DNA of 63,099 bases, counting the filler, from Basidiobolus ranarum (taxonomy: Eukaryota): NCBI GenBank assembly GCA_040143965.1. It is 34 parts of 34 records of this genome, joined end to end, with 100 filler letters (N's around TTAATTAATTAA, not from the genome) between each part and the next. Parts side by side here need not be neighbours in the genome. Positions count along the whole stretch, not along the records: positions 1 to 1,767 come from JASJQH010004379.1; positions 1,868 to 3,633 come from JASJQH010004380.1; positions 3,734 to 5,499 come from JASJQH010004381.1; positions 5,600 to 7,365 come from JASJQH010004382.1; positions 7,466 to 9,231 come from JASJQH010004383.1; positions 9,332 to 11,096 come from JASJQH010004384.1; positions 11,197 to 12,960 come from JASJQH010004385.1; 27 more parts are not named here. The stretch is one strand, 5' to 3'. Position 1 is the first letter of the stretch; each line of letters begins with the position of its first letter. This document shows, piece after piece, positions 1 through 11,576 of this stretch. The translations under genes were made by a program, and so were the position numbers. The notes beneath the pieces are model-generated. The model saw only the letters and a program-made list of their open reading frames with translations. It made no database searches and had not been told where the DNA came from.

Positions 1-1767
1 GATTTTCAGAGTTTTTTGATTTGCCTGTTTTCCTTTGAGATTTCTACTTTCATGAGCCCAAGCAATTTTGGGTCATGGTGTATGCTTAAAGGTCCAACAC
101 ATATTCTGCTCTGCTAGATTGTCATGGTGATGTTCTTATGTATGGTGAGAGACTGATTAAAATCCTGCATGAGAATGGATTGCGGGAGCAGAATGTTGCT
201 GTAGCTCAAGTACCGCACTCTGAAGGTCTTGTATCATTGTTGAGTGACTCTCTAACTGTTGACTAGCTGCTTCTAAATGCTGCATTAATTGTGATATTGT
301 GGTGTTATTGAGTGCCATGGCCTGTAAAGCAACTTCACAGTTCTTACTTATGATTATATAGAATAGTTACGGGGTTCTGCCTTCAATTCCCTTGTTGTAA
401 TAATTCTATCCAAATTTTCTATGGACGGTTGTTCAGTAGTGGGCAAAGAACATGACTGATCTTGCTTTTGCATTGGCTCTGGATGGTTTCTCACTAAACA
501 AATATACCAATTGGAAAGGCTTGCTGGCCAATAATTTTAAGCAACTTAAATCTTCCTCCTTCTGAATGGTACAAAAGTCATAATATTTTGATGCCTTCCA
601 TCACATCTGGACCTGAATCACCAGTGCTTATAGATAGCTTCATGAAGCTCTTGAATGTTGAATCTGAATAGCTATCAATGGGGTTCAAATGGGTGAATAT
701 TTCATTAAAGCTAATATCATTGTATGTATTGGTGACACTCCTGCCTTCAGCAAACTTGGCGGTTTTTGAGAGCACAATGCACTATTTTGCTGTAGATTTT
801 GTCAAATTAATGGAGCTTACTCTATCAGGCATATGCATTATTACTGTCCAAATGCAACACTAAGCTCCATAATTTTACTCTCAAGAGCCTGGTCAGATTT
901 CAACATGATCACTAATATTAATACACCAAATAGTCAGTCTAAGATCAAACTTGGTATTAGCCATAAGCCTAAAATTATTTGCTAAAGGGGATCAGCTGGA
1001 GCCAGAGCTTCCCATTAGGCACTATGCACTTACTATTCAACAAAATTCCAATACTACTTACTCAGCTATATAGCGTAAAATTCAATATGAATGAGCCATT
1101 CAAGATAGGATCAAAGTTTGAATTGATTGGGAAAATGCTTCAAAACATCAAGATACCATCATAATTTACTAGGACTCCCAGCAATAACCACTCATCTAGG
1201 TGTTTATTCAAATGCAAAGACTGGAAGTATTGGATTTGTATATAATCAAGTAGAATTTTGAAAAGATTTCTGCCTGATAAGTATTGGCAACATTGGGAGT
1301 TGTTTGTCAATCATTTTAATATATTCTTATGGCATCAACTCACATTGCCAGATGTCTGGCAGATACAATGACTGTACAAAGATTCTGTAATTGGATATGA
1401 AACACTTTATTACAGGTTTAATGAAGATAGACTGAATCTATGCTGGTAGTCGATTCATTCTCTGCTACATCTTTCACAATGCTTAAAGATTATAAGCCCT
1501 TGCTATACATTCTGGGAGTTCCCAATGGAGTGCACCTGTGATGAAATGATGCTCCATGTGAAATTGTCAGTATTACCATATGCTAATCTGATTAACAATG
1601 TATCAGCAAAATCAGTGACCAATGTAACACACCAGGTTAACAAGACTCCAGAGTATATTAGCCTGCCAACAAAGGGCTCTTTTCAATGTGCTCATGGGTT
1701 TTTCCATTGTTTGAGCACAATAACAGTAACAAAGCCTAATCCATTGACACAGAGAAAGTACCTTTAT
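1..1767 (+). mobile_element. CACTA/EnSpm element, internal-deletion derivative: ORF2 middle (minus, 1-~448) fused to decayed transposase (plus, ~450-1767)
   Basis: Frameshifted and stop-ridden pieces DGFSLNKY..ACWPII...NLPPSEWYK, IGDTPA.SKLGG, FKCKDWKYWIC, HSLLHLSQC...GPCYTFWEFPME match Transposase_21 (Tnp2) and DUF4218-type motifs. Confidence 0.85.
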
Positions 1768-1867
1768 NNNNNNNNNNNNNNNNNNNNNNNNNNNNNNNNN
1801 NNNNNNNNNNNTTAATTAATTAANNNNNNNNNNNNNNNNNNNNNNNNNNNNNNNNNNNNNNNNNNNN
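1768..1867. other. Artificial 100-nt contig spacer (N44-TTAATTAATTAA-N44); first of 33, last at 61249-61348
   Basis: The identical spacer recurs about every 1.85 kb. TTAATTAATTAA gives stops in all six frames. The intervening contigs shrink monotonically from 1767 to 1751 bp. Confidence 0.98.
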
Positions 1868-1974
1868 TGCTCTGCTTATATATCCTGCTTAAACAGTTCT
1901 AAGATTCTGCACTTAACTGTTTCTTTGGTTCAGTAAAGTTCAAGACTTTTTATCCACTTTTCTCTTGGACACAA
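1868..1974 (+). mobile_element. 3' end of Gypsy LTR family E
   Basis: Near-identical to 47330-47439 and ends in CACAACA. Confidence 0.75.
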
Positions 1975-2171
1975 CAATAATGAATGCCAAATTTGAGGAT
2001 CAATATTTTAACATGTTTGAATACCATCAAGATACCATCAAGAAACCACCGTCACATCATCAAAATCCTTGGCAGAATGCAAGCCAACAATATTGTGATG
2101 GTTCTCTGATGGTTTTGCTATTTCAGAGGGTGGATCCAATCCGGATCAAATTGATTTTATTTTTGTTAGGG
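1975..2171 (+). mobile_element. CACTA right end (TIR ...TTTTTGTTAGGG ending at 2171)
   Basis: Reverse complement of the CCCTAACAAAAAT terminus seen at 7492, 14191, 18161 and 56361. Confidence 0.85.
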
Positions 2172-3326
2172 TATCCAATTATCAATCAGCATTAGTGAAG
2201 CAAGCATATGATATTCCAGTAGTTAGTCATGTTAGGTCACATGAGAGACTTATGATCATATTCTGTGGAGGGCCATATGTTCACATTGCCACCCTTCTAA
2301 TAGGTCATTTGATCATATTGCTGTGTCACCCCAACATGCATTGGGTGATTGCTTTGCCATACCAGGATGTGTAGGCCCAATACTGGATCAACTAATTGTG
2401 ATAGAGTTAGATATAATATAGTAGTTAGATTAGTAATTAATGGATGAGTCATCACTCATCTGATTTATTAGTTTAAGCCTCAATGCAGGTGTAGTTCACT
2501 CAATAAACTTTAGTCCAGCTTTTGTGAATACAACACTAGCTTACTCAATACTTGACAGCTCTTAGCTACCTAAGAAATGTAACAATAACTTAGAACCACC
2601 ATTGATAGTGCATTGAGACTCAACAGCAGGTCTTATAGTACTTAAATCAAATAACTAATTACTTTCTGGTAGGTATTGGGGTATAAGCATCACACAGTTT
2701 TTGAAATGTTGCTTCTATTGTGATGATGGGAAAGCAGGTGGTTGCTGTTGAATGAATGAGGAACTATCTGGTAGAGTACATTAAGAGCAGTTCACTAACT
2801 TTGAATTGAGTAGGTTCAATGTGGAGCAATCTGGTAAGCACTATATGCTTATCCAGGAATTGAAGTTATTGTAGTAAAATTGCCTACATTTTGTGTGCTA
2901 ATACTTCTCATTGAGGTAGTTACCCCAAATATTTCAATGGACTTGTTCCATTGTGCCAGGATTTATTGTACCTTGGCTCTATATATTAGAGTAATTTTGA
3001 TTGAAATTGATCATTCCTGAGAGTGCTGGATAGTGCCAACTTGTGATGTATAATTTATAATACTTCATCCAATATGATATAGACAGCCTAAGCTGGATCT
3101 ATTACGGGGAACAAGTCAAATTAAGTGAAATTTTGTTGTGAATCCAATACTAAAGTACATTACAAGGGGTGATCATAGCCTAATCTAAATAATCTAACTA
3201 TACGTACATATACATGTTAAAAAATGTGGAACAAATTGTACTTGATCACACTATATAAAATTAACTTCCACATCTCAAATGAGTGAGCTGCTCTTGTTTA
3301 CCCATGTTTTTGCTGGCCATTACAGT

Positions 3327-3633
3327 TGTTGAAGTTTATTGTCTTTATCATATTTATTATCTCTATCTTTATACACCTAACTATTTCATATATCACATAT
3401 AAATTAGTTAACATTACATAGTCAAATATCACTTAGCTGAAAAGTGGAACATATATTATATATATATGTGAATAATGTGAGAATTAGCAATTCCATATTG
3501 GAAATTTCAAACTTGACCAAACTGCCCCAAAGATAGCTCATTATACTCCCATAGATGTTCTGAACACAACCTAAGTGTTAGTTTTCTGTATTTCCACCAA
3601 AAAGTATAAATGCTTTATTTCTGGACAATAAAC
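3327..3633 (+). mobile_element. Copia LTR family A, 5' part
   Basis: Starts TGTTGAAGTTTATTGTCTTTA. The same start follows the polypurine tract of the Copia at 20512-20545. Other copies lie at 57284-57545 and 61536-61764. Confidence 0.75.
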
Positions 3634-3733
3634 NNNNNNNNNNNNNNNNNNNNNNNNNNNNNNNNNNNNNNNNNNNNTTAATTAATTAANNNNNNNNNNN
3701 NNNNNNNNNNNNNNNNNNNNNNNNNNNNNNNNN

Positions 3734-4380
3734 ACACCGCAAAGCACCCTCAGTACTGTCACACTACAAGGATGTACAAAAATAGTCAAAGTGCTTGAGG
3801 AGTATTTTCAAAAGTATGGAGGGAAAAACATAGTGCAAATATGCAGAAAGTGGCTTCAAAAGAAGAACATTCAACTTGACATTCAGTCTGGTGCTGACAG
3901 TGCAGATATCTGGGAAGGATTTAATACAGAGTGGCACAATATTGCAGGATATCTGCCGGATACCTGGAAGAATGTCAATTCAGCAATGTTAATACAATGG
4001 TGGTCTTTGATGGAGAAATTGATACAAACTTGTGTTGGGTGTGAGCTAAACTTTTGGTATGAAGAACTCTATAAAAATATTCAGGAGAATATATCAAATA
4101 GGCTAGGGATTTCAAAGGTGACATACTGTTATTCAAGTGGTAATTATGTAAAATATGAGTTACATTTTTGCACATGTCTTGATCCATAGTTCTCTGAGAT
4201 TGTAGCCAATCATGTGCAACTATTTTGCATGATCTTGAAATTTCACTCCTGGAACTGAAAAAATTAATTAAAATGAAATTTAACTTCACAATTTTGTGAT
4301 GGTGAGTAAATGGTCAATCCCAAGTGTATTAAATTTGTGAAGGTTTTCCTACACTAACCATCCTCAAATTTCTGTCAGGG
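3734..4380 (-). mobile_element. CACTA left end with ORF2 C-terminal domain (ORF2 on plus, 3734-~4130) and left TIR ending at 4380
   Basis: EEYFQKYGGKN...CRKWLQKKNI...WWSLMEKLIQTCVG is homologous to the 13619-14071 ORF. It ends AAATTTCTGTCAGGG, the reverse complement of a CCCTAACAGAAAT variant. Confidence 0.8.
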
Positions 4381-5195
4381 TGCCAAAAGTAAAGATACCA
4401 TGGCATTACCACAGTTATATAACCATGATGCTGTTAGTAGAAATGCAACTTTTGTCAAACCAATAAGTGCACACAACTTTGAGGACATGCTGCTAGATGT
4501 TGATGTTGGTTATGCAAGTACTGATGGTGGTATATAGAAGTCCAAGAAGAAGACAATGGTTTTGCCATGAACTCTTTGCTATTGACAAGCAATAGTCCAC
4601 TCATAACACTTACAGTAAAGGAAGCAGCTTTGATTACTGAGGAGTGCAGAGTTCAATCCAATCTTAGCAACCAGGTGTTTATTAGTTTCCTTACACTACT
4701 ACCAAAGTTGATTGGCAACTGTTGCTTGCCAAAAACCTGGTACAAGTGGAAAACACTTGTCAATTGTAAGACTTATAATCTTTCAGTAAATAAACTAACT
4801 ATAAGACCAAATGGTTGTTTACTTGACTGGTGATCAGAAAAACTTCAAGTCATGTGCTGTTTGCACAAAAATTGGTAATCACTGAATCAGGTAAATATCC
4901 CCTATGAAAAATATGGGAATGAATACCAGAGGAAAATCAGAGAAAACACAAATATAGGGGTAGGAATACCATGAGAAAATGGTAGGGAAAAAAGACTGGT
5001 AGAGAAACCGTAAGAAAATTGTTGCAATATCAGGAAAATACCATTATAAAGCCATCAGAAAATTGTATGAATTGCAATTTTTTTTTTGTTTGGAAACATT
5101 TATATTTGGCTTACATACAGTTGATTGGCTGTCTTAAGTTTGGAAGAAATTAACCTGATATAGAGCATTTTTCTAAAATCAAAGTACTCACCATA
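4381..5195 (+). mobile_element. CACTA transposase N-terminal region (decayed), interrupted by a ~195-bp insertion
   Basis: TVKEAALI.EE.RVQSNL.NQVFI.FLTLLP.LIGNCCLP.TWYKWK...PNGCL; same sequence at 12360-12960, 30150-30660 and 58980-59397. Confidence 0.8.
4899..5093. mobile_element. Putative short non-autonomous element (MITE-like) inserted in the transposase
   Basis: Absent from other copies, which read GGTAAATA..TATTTGGCTTACATAC. Begins CCCCTATGAAAAA, ends TTTTTTTGTTTGG and contains repeated AATACCA-like motifs. Confidence 0.5.
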
Positions 5196-5499
5196 CCTTA
5201 ATAACAATTAAATCAATTTGATCCTGATTGGATCACCCTTCTAAAGTGCAAAACCATTAGAGGACCATCACAACATTAGTTGCTTGCATTTGGCCAGGGA
5301 TTTTGATGGTGTGATGGCAGTGTTGTGTTCAGTCTCTATATACTCATAAACTTGACTGGTCAGATATAACTCAACAACATCAACAAGCTATACCAGCAAA
5401 CAAACGGTTGAAAAATTGATTAACATCTGATATTTTGAATAGCACTGACACTAGGCAAATAGCTGACTCTTGTTACCATTCACAATGAGAATAAGCTAT
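5196..5499 (-). mobile_element. CACTA right end (degenerate TIR) nested in a transposase copy
   Basis: CCTTAATAACAATTAAATCAATTTGATCCTGATTGGATC... followed by the right-end subterminal sequence. Confidence 0.75.
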
Positions 5500-5599
5500 N
5501 NNNNNNNNNNNNNNNNNNNNNNNNNNNNNNNNNNNNNNNNNNNTTAATTAATTAANNNNNNNNNNNNNNNNNNNNNNNNNNNNNNNNNNNNNNNNNNNN

Positions 5600-5761
5600 A
5601 CATGTTCCTGGGACCTTCCTTAACACATTCTACATGTTAGTTTGCTTACATCTTGACAAAACTATAAATGACAACTTTCTACACAATAAATCAATAAGTA
5701 AAAACCACCAATTCCTCTAATTCTCCAAACCACTTCCAACAGGCTCCCAAATACTTAAACA
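5600..5761 (+). mobile_element. Copia LTR family B, 3' part
   Basis: Matches the full LTR at 32477-32824 (reverse complement) and 55793-56133. Confidence 0.8.
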
Positions 5762-6633
5762 AATAGCACATTAACCACCACTGGTGGAGCCACTTATTCA
5801 ATTTAACAGCCCTCATTGTATTATCACAAGTATGTTATAAATTTGTGAGCTCAATAACTGCAGAGGAACGGTACAGTACAGTTCAATGACTAATTTGTAT
5901 ATTGATTCTGCGTTAATTGACTTGTATGCATTAGTGAGGAGGTTTTCTAGCATTTCAAAAAGTACAAGAGCTGCTTATCATCCTAAATTTGGTTTCTAGC
6001 ATGATAAGGTAAGTCAGTATTTGCTTGCTATAGTGATTCTAGATTTAAGCTTATTATTCATTGTTTTTCTATTATGTCATACTTATCCAAGGTATTACGC
6101 GGTGAAGATTGTCCGCGAGGATAATTGTATGTTTATGGACCAAGTAGAAACAACAACTCTTGTCTGACCAATTCTGAAACCTTTTTATCAGCTCTTTAGA
6201 ATCACTATGGTGACTGACCAAGGTGGATTGTAAAACATTCTATAGATAAAGTGATCCCCTCCATCAAAAATATAACTAGATTAATTAGTATTAGATTAAA
6301 AATCGATTATTTCTGATTTATTTTTGAACACTAGGAGATTATTAGACTGAGTTAATTCATAGAGTAGAAAAGCAATGTTGTACTTCCTAAACTCTATGGG
6401 GTTGTTGGCTAATAAATATTATTTAAAAGCAACGTCCATTCCGGATTATAATCTACATGCCGTAAATTGATACAAGGAATTAGCATACATTTAGATTATA
6501 TATACACATTTACTTCGCTATATTCATCACATTTCAATCTCATATTTATACAAATACATGGTCTGTGGATCATACTGCCACAAATTTGTATTTAGAATGA
6601 GGTAGGAATCCAGGTAAAAAACCCAATCTCTAT

Positions 6634-6670
6634 CAACCCAACCGGAGGTCAAACCCGGGACCTTCCGCTT
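6634..6670 (-). pseudogene. Isolated 3' half of a tRNA gene (pseudogene fragment)
   Basis: Minus strand AAGCGGAAGGTCCCGGGTTTGACCTCCGGTTGGGTTG gives a 3' anticodon strand, variable loop, T-arm (TTTGA instead of TTCGA) and acceptor strand, followed by a T-run. No 5' half is visible. Confidence 0.5.
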
Positions 6671-7256
6671 ATTTCGATTGTGCTATTTTTTATTCAGCAG
6701 AAAATCAAGTGGTATTCCTGCCGGATTTGGGAGTGTGATAAATTCGAAACTTGTAAACAAAAGTGACGACCCACTTCCGATATCTTGTAACTTTTGTTGG
6801 CGATGCAGTTTATTCCGAAATTTGTACCTAGAGTAGAATAATAGTAGGGAATTATCTTCCTAAAGTTTAGCAACATTTCATGGCGTAGTTCTGGAGATTT
6901 ATGCATTTTTGTAACGATTTCGGCAATTGTGAGGTGTGTAGGAAAGGTAAAGACATAAAACTTGGTAAAGTTGAGGTTTGGTTATTGACTATATGTGTGC
7001 AAAATATTGAGATGATTGAGATATTACATAGTCTCTGAACTTGCCATCGCTTTTTGTTCAGTAATCCTACTTAGTAACATTTTCTTAATTATAGTCTTCG
7101 CCTTGCCTGTACTATTCCTTGAGATTTAGGAATCATGCTCAACTAATTAGATTTATTCAAAAAAATATCTTTTTTAGTATGGTTCAGAATTCCTCTTGAC
7201 TACTGCAATAACCTATAACTGAATTAATTGTCCAGTTTCAGTTAATTAAACAATAC

Positions 7257-7365
7257 TGTTGGATAATTAATCTTTATTCAACATCATAGTTAACTTTAGT
7301 TATGATACATATATCAGAAACAGAAAGCAATGTATCTATAGCCCCTATATTCTAAATAGGAATAT
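7257..7365 (-). mobile_element. Terminus of LTR family F
   Basis: Reverse complement of 22990-23097; begins TGTTGGATAATTAATC. Confidence 0.75.
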
Positions 7366-7491
7366 NNNNNNNNNNNNNNNNNNNNNNNNNNNNNNNNNNN
7401 NNNNNNNNNTTAATTAATTAANNNNNNNNNNNNNNNNNNNNNNNNNNNNNNNNNNNNNNNNNNNNGAAGGGAAAAATGTGATGCAAGTATG

Positions 7492-9231
7492 CCCTAACAA
7501 AAATAAAATTGAATTGATCTGGATGGGATCCACCATCTAAAATAGCAAAACTGTCAGAGAACTGTCACAATATTGATGGCTTGCATTCTGCCAGGGATTT
7601 TGATGGTGTGATGATGGTTTCTTGATGGTATTTTGACACTATTTATACATGTTAAAATATTGATCTCAAATTTGGCATGCTTCATTCACTAACCAGCAAT
7701 TTTAGCAAAAATCTAATTTTCAACTGGCAAATTACTGGGTTTACTGTTGTAGGAATTTGAATTAATATGCTTACCTTTATTTAAATATTTTAGGCTTTGT
7801 ATCTAGCCATATTGAAAATCAAAAAATACAAGAATCTTGCTGGGTTTAGTCTCTACATATGCACATACCTGACTAATTAGACATAACTCCACAACATCAA
7901 TATGCTTTACCAGCAAACTAATAGTGGAACATTTGCAAACATCTGAAATTTTGAATAGCACTGACACTTGGCAACTAGCTGATTCTTGTTACTGTTCACA
8001 ATGAGAATAAGCTCTTGGATTCTGGCAAATTTCCACAAAGAATTCCTTCATATATCCCAGACTTGCAGTCAACAAATGTCCTGCCATAAGTAGATGTGTC
8101 ATTGCTTGAATATATTACCCCATGGCTAAAACAATAATACCATGTATCTTGTTCTATCTCATAAGGAAGTCTGTCTTGCAGCTTTCCTAAAAATATCATC
8201 AGATTATCACACCAACAAATTAGTCCAAATTTTAGAGGTACTTACTCTGTGTCCATGGATTGGGCTTTGTTGCTATATTTGTGCTTAAACAATGCAAAAA
8301 CCAGTGAGCACATTGAAAAGGGCCCTTTGTTGGAAGGTTAATATACTCTGGAGTCTCCTTAGCCAATTGCATTACATCCATCACTAATTTTGCTATTACA
8401 TTGTTGATCAAAGTAGTATACAGAAATACTGATGATTTCACATGGAGCATCATTTCACTGCAGGTGCGCTCCATCTGGAACTCTCAAAATGTGTAGCAAG
8501 GATTTCATATTCAATTACAAAATCTTCACACAGTTGCTGTATCTGCCTGAGATCTGCCAATGTAACTTAATGCCATATGAATGTAGTAAAAATATCCACA
8601 AACAACTCCCAATGTTGCCAGTACCTATCATGCAGAAATCTTCTCTAAATTCCACTTGAAAAGTACAATTCCAATACTATCAGTCTTTGCATTTGAATAA
8701 ACACCTAGATGAGTGGATATTGATGGAAGTCCCGGTAAAATACAATGGTATCTTGATGTTTTCAAGCATTTTTGCAAGCAATTCAAACTTTGATCCTACC
8801 TCAAATGGCTCATTATATTGAATTTTCCCCTGTATAGCTGAGTAGGTAGTATTGAAAAGTTGTTGCATAGTCAGTGCATTGTGCCTGATGGGAAGCTCTG
8901 GCTCCAGCTGATCCCCTTTAACAATATAATCATAGGCTTATGACTAATAGTAAGTTTGATGTCAGACTGACTATTTGGTGAATTGAGATCAGTGATCATG
9001 TTGAAATCTGATGGGGCTCTTGATGGTAAAATTATAGAGTTAAGTGCTGTATATGGGTAGTAGTAATACATCTGCCTGTTAGAGTAAACTCCATTGATTT
9101 GACAAAATTTATAGCAAGATAGTGCATTATGCCCACAAAAACCTCCAAGCTTACTGATGGCAGGAGTGTCACCAATAAATACAATGATATTAGCTTTAAT
9201 AAGATATTCACCCATCTGAACCCCATTAGAT
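7492..9231 (-). mobile_element. CACTA right end plus C-terminal two thirds of transposase (decayed)
   Basis: TIR CCCTAACAAAAAT at 7492. Minus-strand fragments IGDTPAISKLGGFCGHNALSC, FKCKD and MERTCSEMM..NNVIAK are continuous to the TIR. Confidence 0.88.
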
Positions 9232-9481
9232 NNNNNNNNNNNNNNNNNNNNNNNNNNNNNNNNNNNNNNNNNNNNTTAATTAATTAANNNNNNNNNNNNN
9301 NNNNNNNNNNNNNNNNNNNNNNNNNNNNNNNATATAAACTTCGGGCTACACCTGATAAGTAATGTCCAATTGTTATATATCTTATGATTAGAATCAGTTT
9401 TATATCTGGAGTTATTTTATGGAGCAGAGAAAGTAATCTAAACGAAATATGATATTAAAACAAATACAACAAACAACGAAT

Positions 9482-9553
9482 TCTCGGATAGTATAGTGGT
9501 GAGTATCCCCGCCTGTCACGCGGGAGACCTGGGTTCAATTCCCAGTCCGAGAG
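9482..9553 (+). tRNA. tRNA-Asp(GTC)
   Basis: Acceptor TCTCGGA/TCCGAGA, anticodon arm CCCGC-CT GTC AC-GCGGG, T-loop TTCAATT, downstream T-run. Confidence 0.97.
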
Positions 9554-9894
9554 CTTTTTACTCTTTTTGCAAGAGTCGAATTTAGATCACATTTTGATCT
9601 AATAGTTTTATTTATACTGCAAGTGATAAAATATAGACAAATATATAAATTTAGTATTAAACATGCCAAAGGGTCACAGTTTATGTGCCCATTTCCTTTC
9701 AAAACGCAGGATTAGTTAAGGAATTGTACCAACCAGACTGCAAAGTCATTTAGAGTAGCGAAAAGCAATATTTATAAAGCAATAAACATGCTATAAATAT
9801 CAGCGTATCCCCATCATTGTCCACCAAGTAGAGTTGTATAGTGTGACTTTGACTAGGTGCAAAAGAGTTTCTAATTCGGCCAATGCAAAAAGAA

Positions 9895-9966
9895 GGGCTC
9901 AACTGGGAATTGAACCCAGGACCTCTCCCACCCTAAGGGAGAATTATACCACTAAACCATTGAGCC
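9895..9966 (-). tRNA. tRNA-Pro(AGG)
   Basis: GGCTCAA/TTGAGCC acceptor, CTCCC-TT AGG GT-GGGAG anticodon arm, GGTTCAATTCC T-arm. Confidence 0.96.
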
Positions 9967-10078
9967 GTTGTTATGTTAAAGGTGCAGATACCGCATAATG
10001 TAAAACTTTCAATGTACCCTGCGAGCTTGAGCGTTCATAGGAAATATGGATAAAGCTCCATTAGCACTTAATATATAT

Positions 10079-10151
10079 GGGGGTCTAGCTCAGATGGTAG
10101 AGCGCTCGCTTAGCATGCGAGAGGCACTGGGATCGATACCCAGGTCCTCCA
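10079..10151 (+). tRNA. tRNA-Ala(AGC)
   Basis: G3:U70 pair, CTCGC-TT AGC AT-GCGAG anticodon arm, ATCGATA T-loop typical of eukaryotic Ala. One T:T mismatch in the acceptor stem. Confidence 0.93.
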
Positions 10152-10288
10152 CTTTTGCTTGTTCAAGTGACCATACTTTTCACCGTAAGAAATTTTAGTA
10201 CTGGATCAGTCATTTTTCTCAACATGGTTATAAATATCCATTAATATTTTATAGTAAATAAAAAAAACCATCCGGGAAGAATGTAAAA

Positions 10289-10360
10289 AGGACGCAGGCG
10301 GATTTGAACCACCGACCTATTGATCTGCAGTCAATTGCTCTACCACTGAGCTATACGTCC
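10289..10360 (-). tRNA. tRNA-Cys(GCA)
   Basis: GGACGTA/TGCGTCC acceptor with U73, ATTGA-CT GCA GA-TCAAT anticodon arm. Confidence 0.96.
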
Positions 10361-10454
10361 GTTGATTGGAAGTTTAACATCATATCAATAGACAAACGCC
10401 CAATCCATCAAGCACTCATCAATTTCAATTTAATATAGCGCAAAAAAGAAGCCA

Positions 10455-10527
10455 CACCCAACGTGGGGGTCGAACCCACAACCTTAAGATTAAGAGTCTT
10501 ACGCTCTACCGATTGAGCTAGCCGGGC
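10455..10527 (-). tRNA. tRNA-Lys(CTT)
   Basis: GCCCGGCTAGCTCAATCGGTAGAGCG, TAAGA-CT CTT AA-TCTTA, GGTTCGACCCC. Confidence 0.96.
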
Positions 10528-10790
10528 CACGTGGCTGTATATATTTTAACAGGTTTATGTTTCTTTGTTTAGATAGCAATAGGGATGCAAAGTATTTAGT
10601 TCAGCCTTCGAGCATCAAGATATTTCAGGAGTACAATGCAAAAAATGGTTTTATTATCGGAATGCTGAAAAAATGTTCTTGACGCAACAGAACACAACAG
10701 GGAACCCATAGTACAGGCTTAAGTAATTAGAATATAGCATCCAAGTAAATTCGCTAGTCATAGTTGAATATAAAATAATCAAAAAGAAAC

Positions 10791-10863
10791 TGCTCCCTGC
10801 CAGGATCGAACTGGCGACCTTCAGATTATGAGACTAACGCGCTGCCAACTGCGCTAAGGAAGC
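10791..10863 (-). tRNA. tRNA-Met(CAT), elongator type
   Basis: GCTTCCT/AGGGAGC acceptor, CT CAT AA anticodon loop, TTCGATC T-loop. G1:C72 rather than the initiator A1:U72. Confidence 0.94.
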
Positions 10864-11024
10864 AATATATGGTTTGAAGAATCTTATTCGCTATATTACC
10901 ACATATGCCCTCACTTTATCCAAAAAAACTGGCAGCGACTATAAATGTAGGACTCACTTAAACCTCCTACTCCCGAGTATACATGCTTCAAGATTCACTG
11001 ACTTTGCGGAAGAAAATGTAAAAG

Positions 11025-11096
11025 TTCCCCATCGGGGAATCGAACCCCGGCCGTCTCGGTGAAAGCGAGAAATCCTAACCACTGGACCAATGAGGA
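11025..11096 (-). tRNA. tRNA-Glu(TTC)
   Basis: TCCTCAT/ATGGGGA acceptor, TCTCG-CT TTC AC-CGAGA anticodon arm, GGTTCGATTCC. The 5' end coincides with the contig end. Confidence 0.95.
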
Positions 11097-11196
11097 NNNN
11101 NNNNNNNNNNNNNNNNNNNNNNNNNNNNNNNNNNNNNNNNTTAATTAATTAANNNNNNNNNNNNNNNNNNNNNNNNNNNNNNNNNNNNNNNNNNNN

Positions 11197-11576
11197 GGGC
11201 TTTGATTGAGATATTGATACAAACTTGTGTTGGGTATGAGCCAAATCTTGGGTATGAAGAACTCTATAAAAATATTCAGGAGAATATATCAAAGAGACTA
11301 GGGATTTTGAAGGTGACAAATTAGCATTCAAGTGGGAATTGTGTAAAATTGGAGTAACATTTTTTGCACATGTGTTGATCTATAGTTCTCTGAGATTGTA
11401 GCCAATCATGTGCAACTATTTTGTGAAATCTTGAAATTTTACTCCTGAAACTGAAAAAATTGATTAAAATGAAATCTAACTTGACAATTTTATGATGGTA
11501 AGTCAACAGTCAATCCCAAATGGATTAAAATTGTGATGGTTTTCCTACAATAATAATCACCAAATTTCTGTTAGGG
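11197..11576 (-). mobile_element. CACTA left end (ORF2 3' end and left TIR ending at 11576)
   Basis: Ends AAATTTCTGTTAGGG; homologous to 4000-4380 and 13368-13750. Confidence 0.85.

Noticed and set aside
1812-1823. Regularly spaced TTAATTAATTAA as a CRISPR-like or biological repeat
   Set aside because: Always centred in N-runs; it is a synthetic six-frame-stop linker.
2172-3326. Possible additional LTR or retroelement remnants
   Set aside because: CpG-poor and LTR-like in part, but no second copy, TSD or clear protein motif is available to support a call.
10874-11062. 62-aa ORF
   Set aside because: Overlaps tRNA-Glu antisense; spurious.
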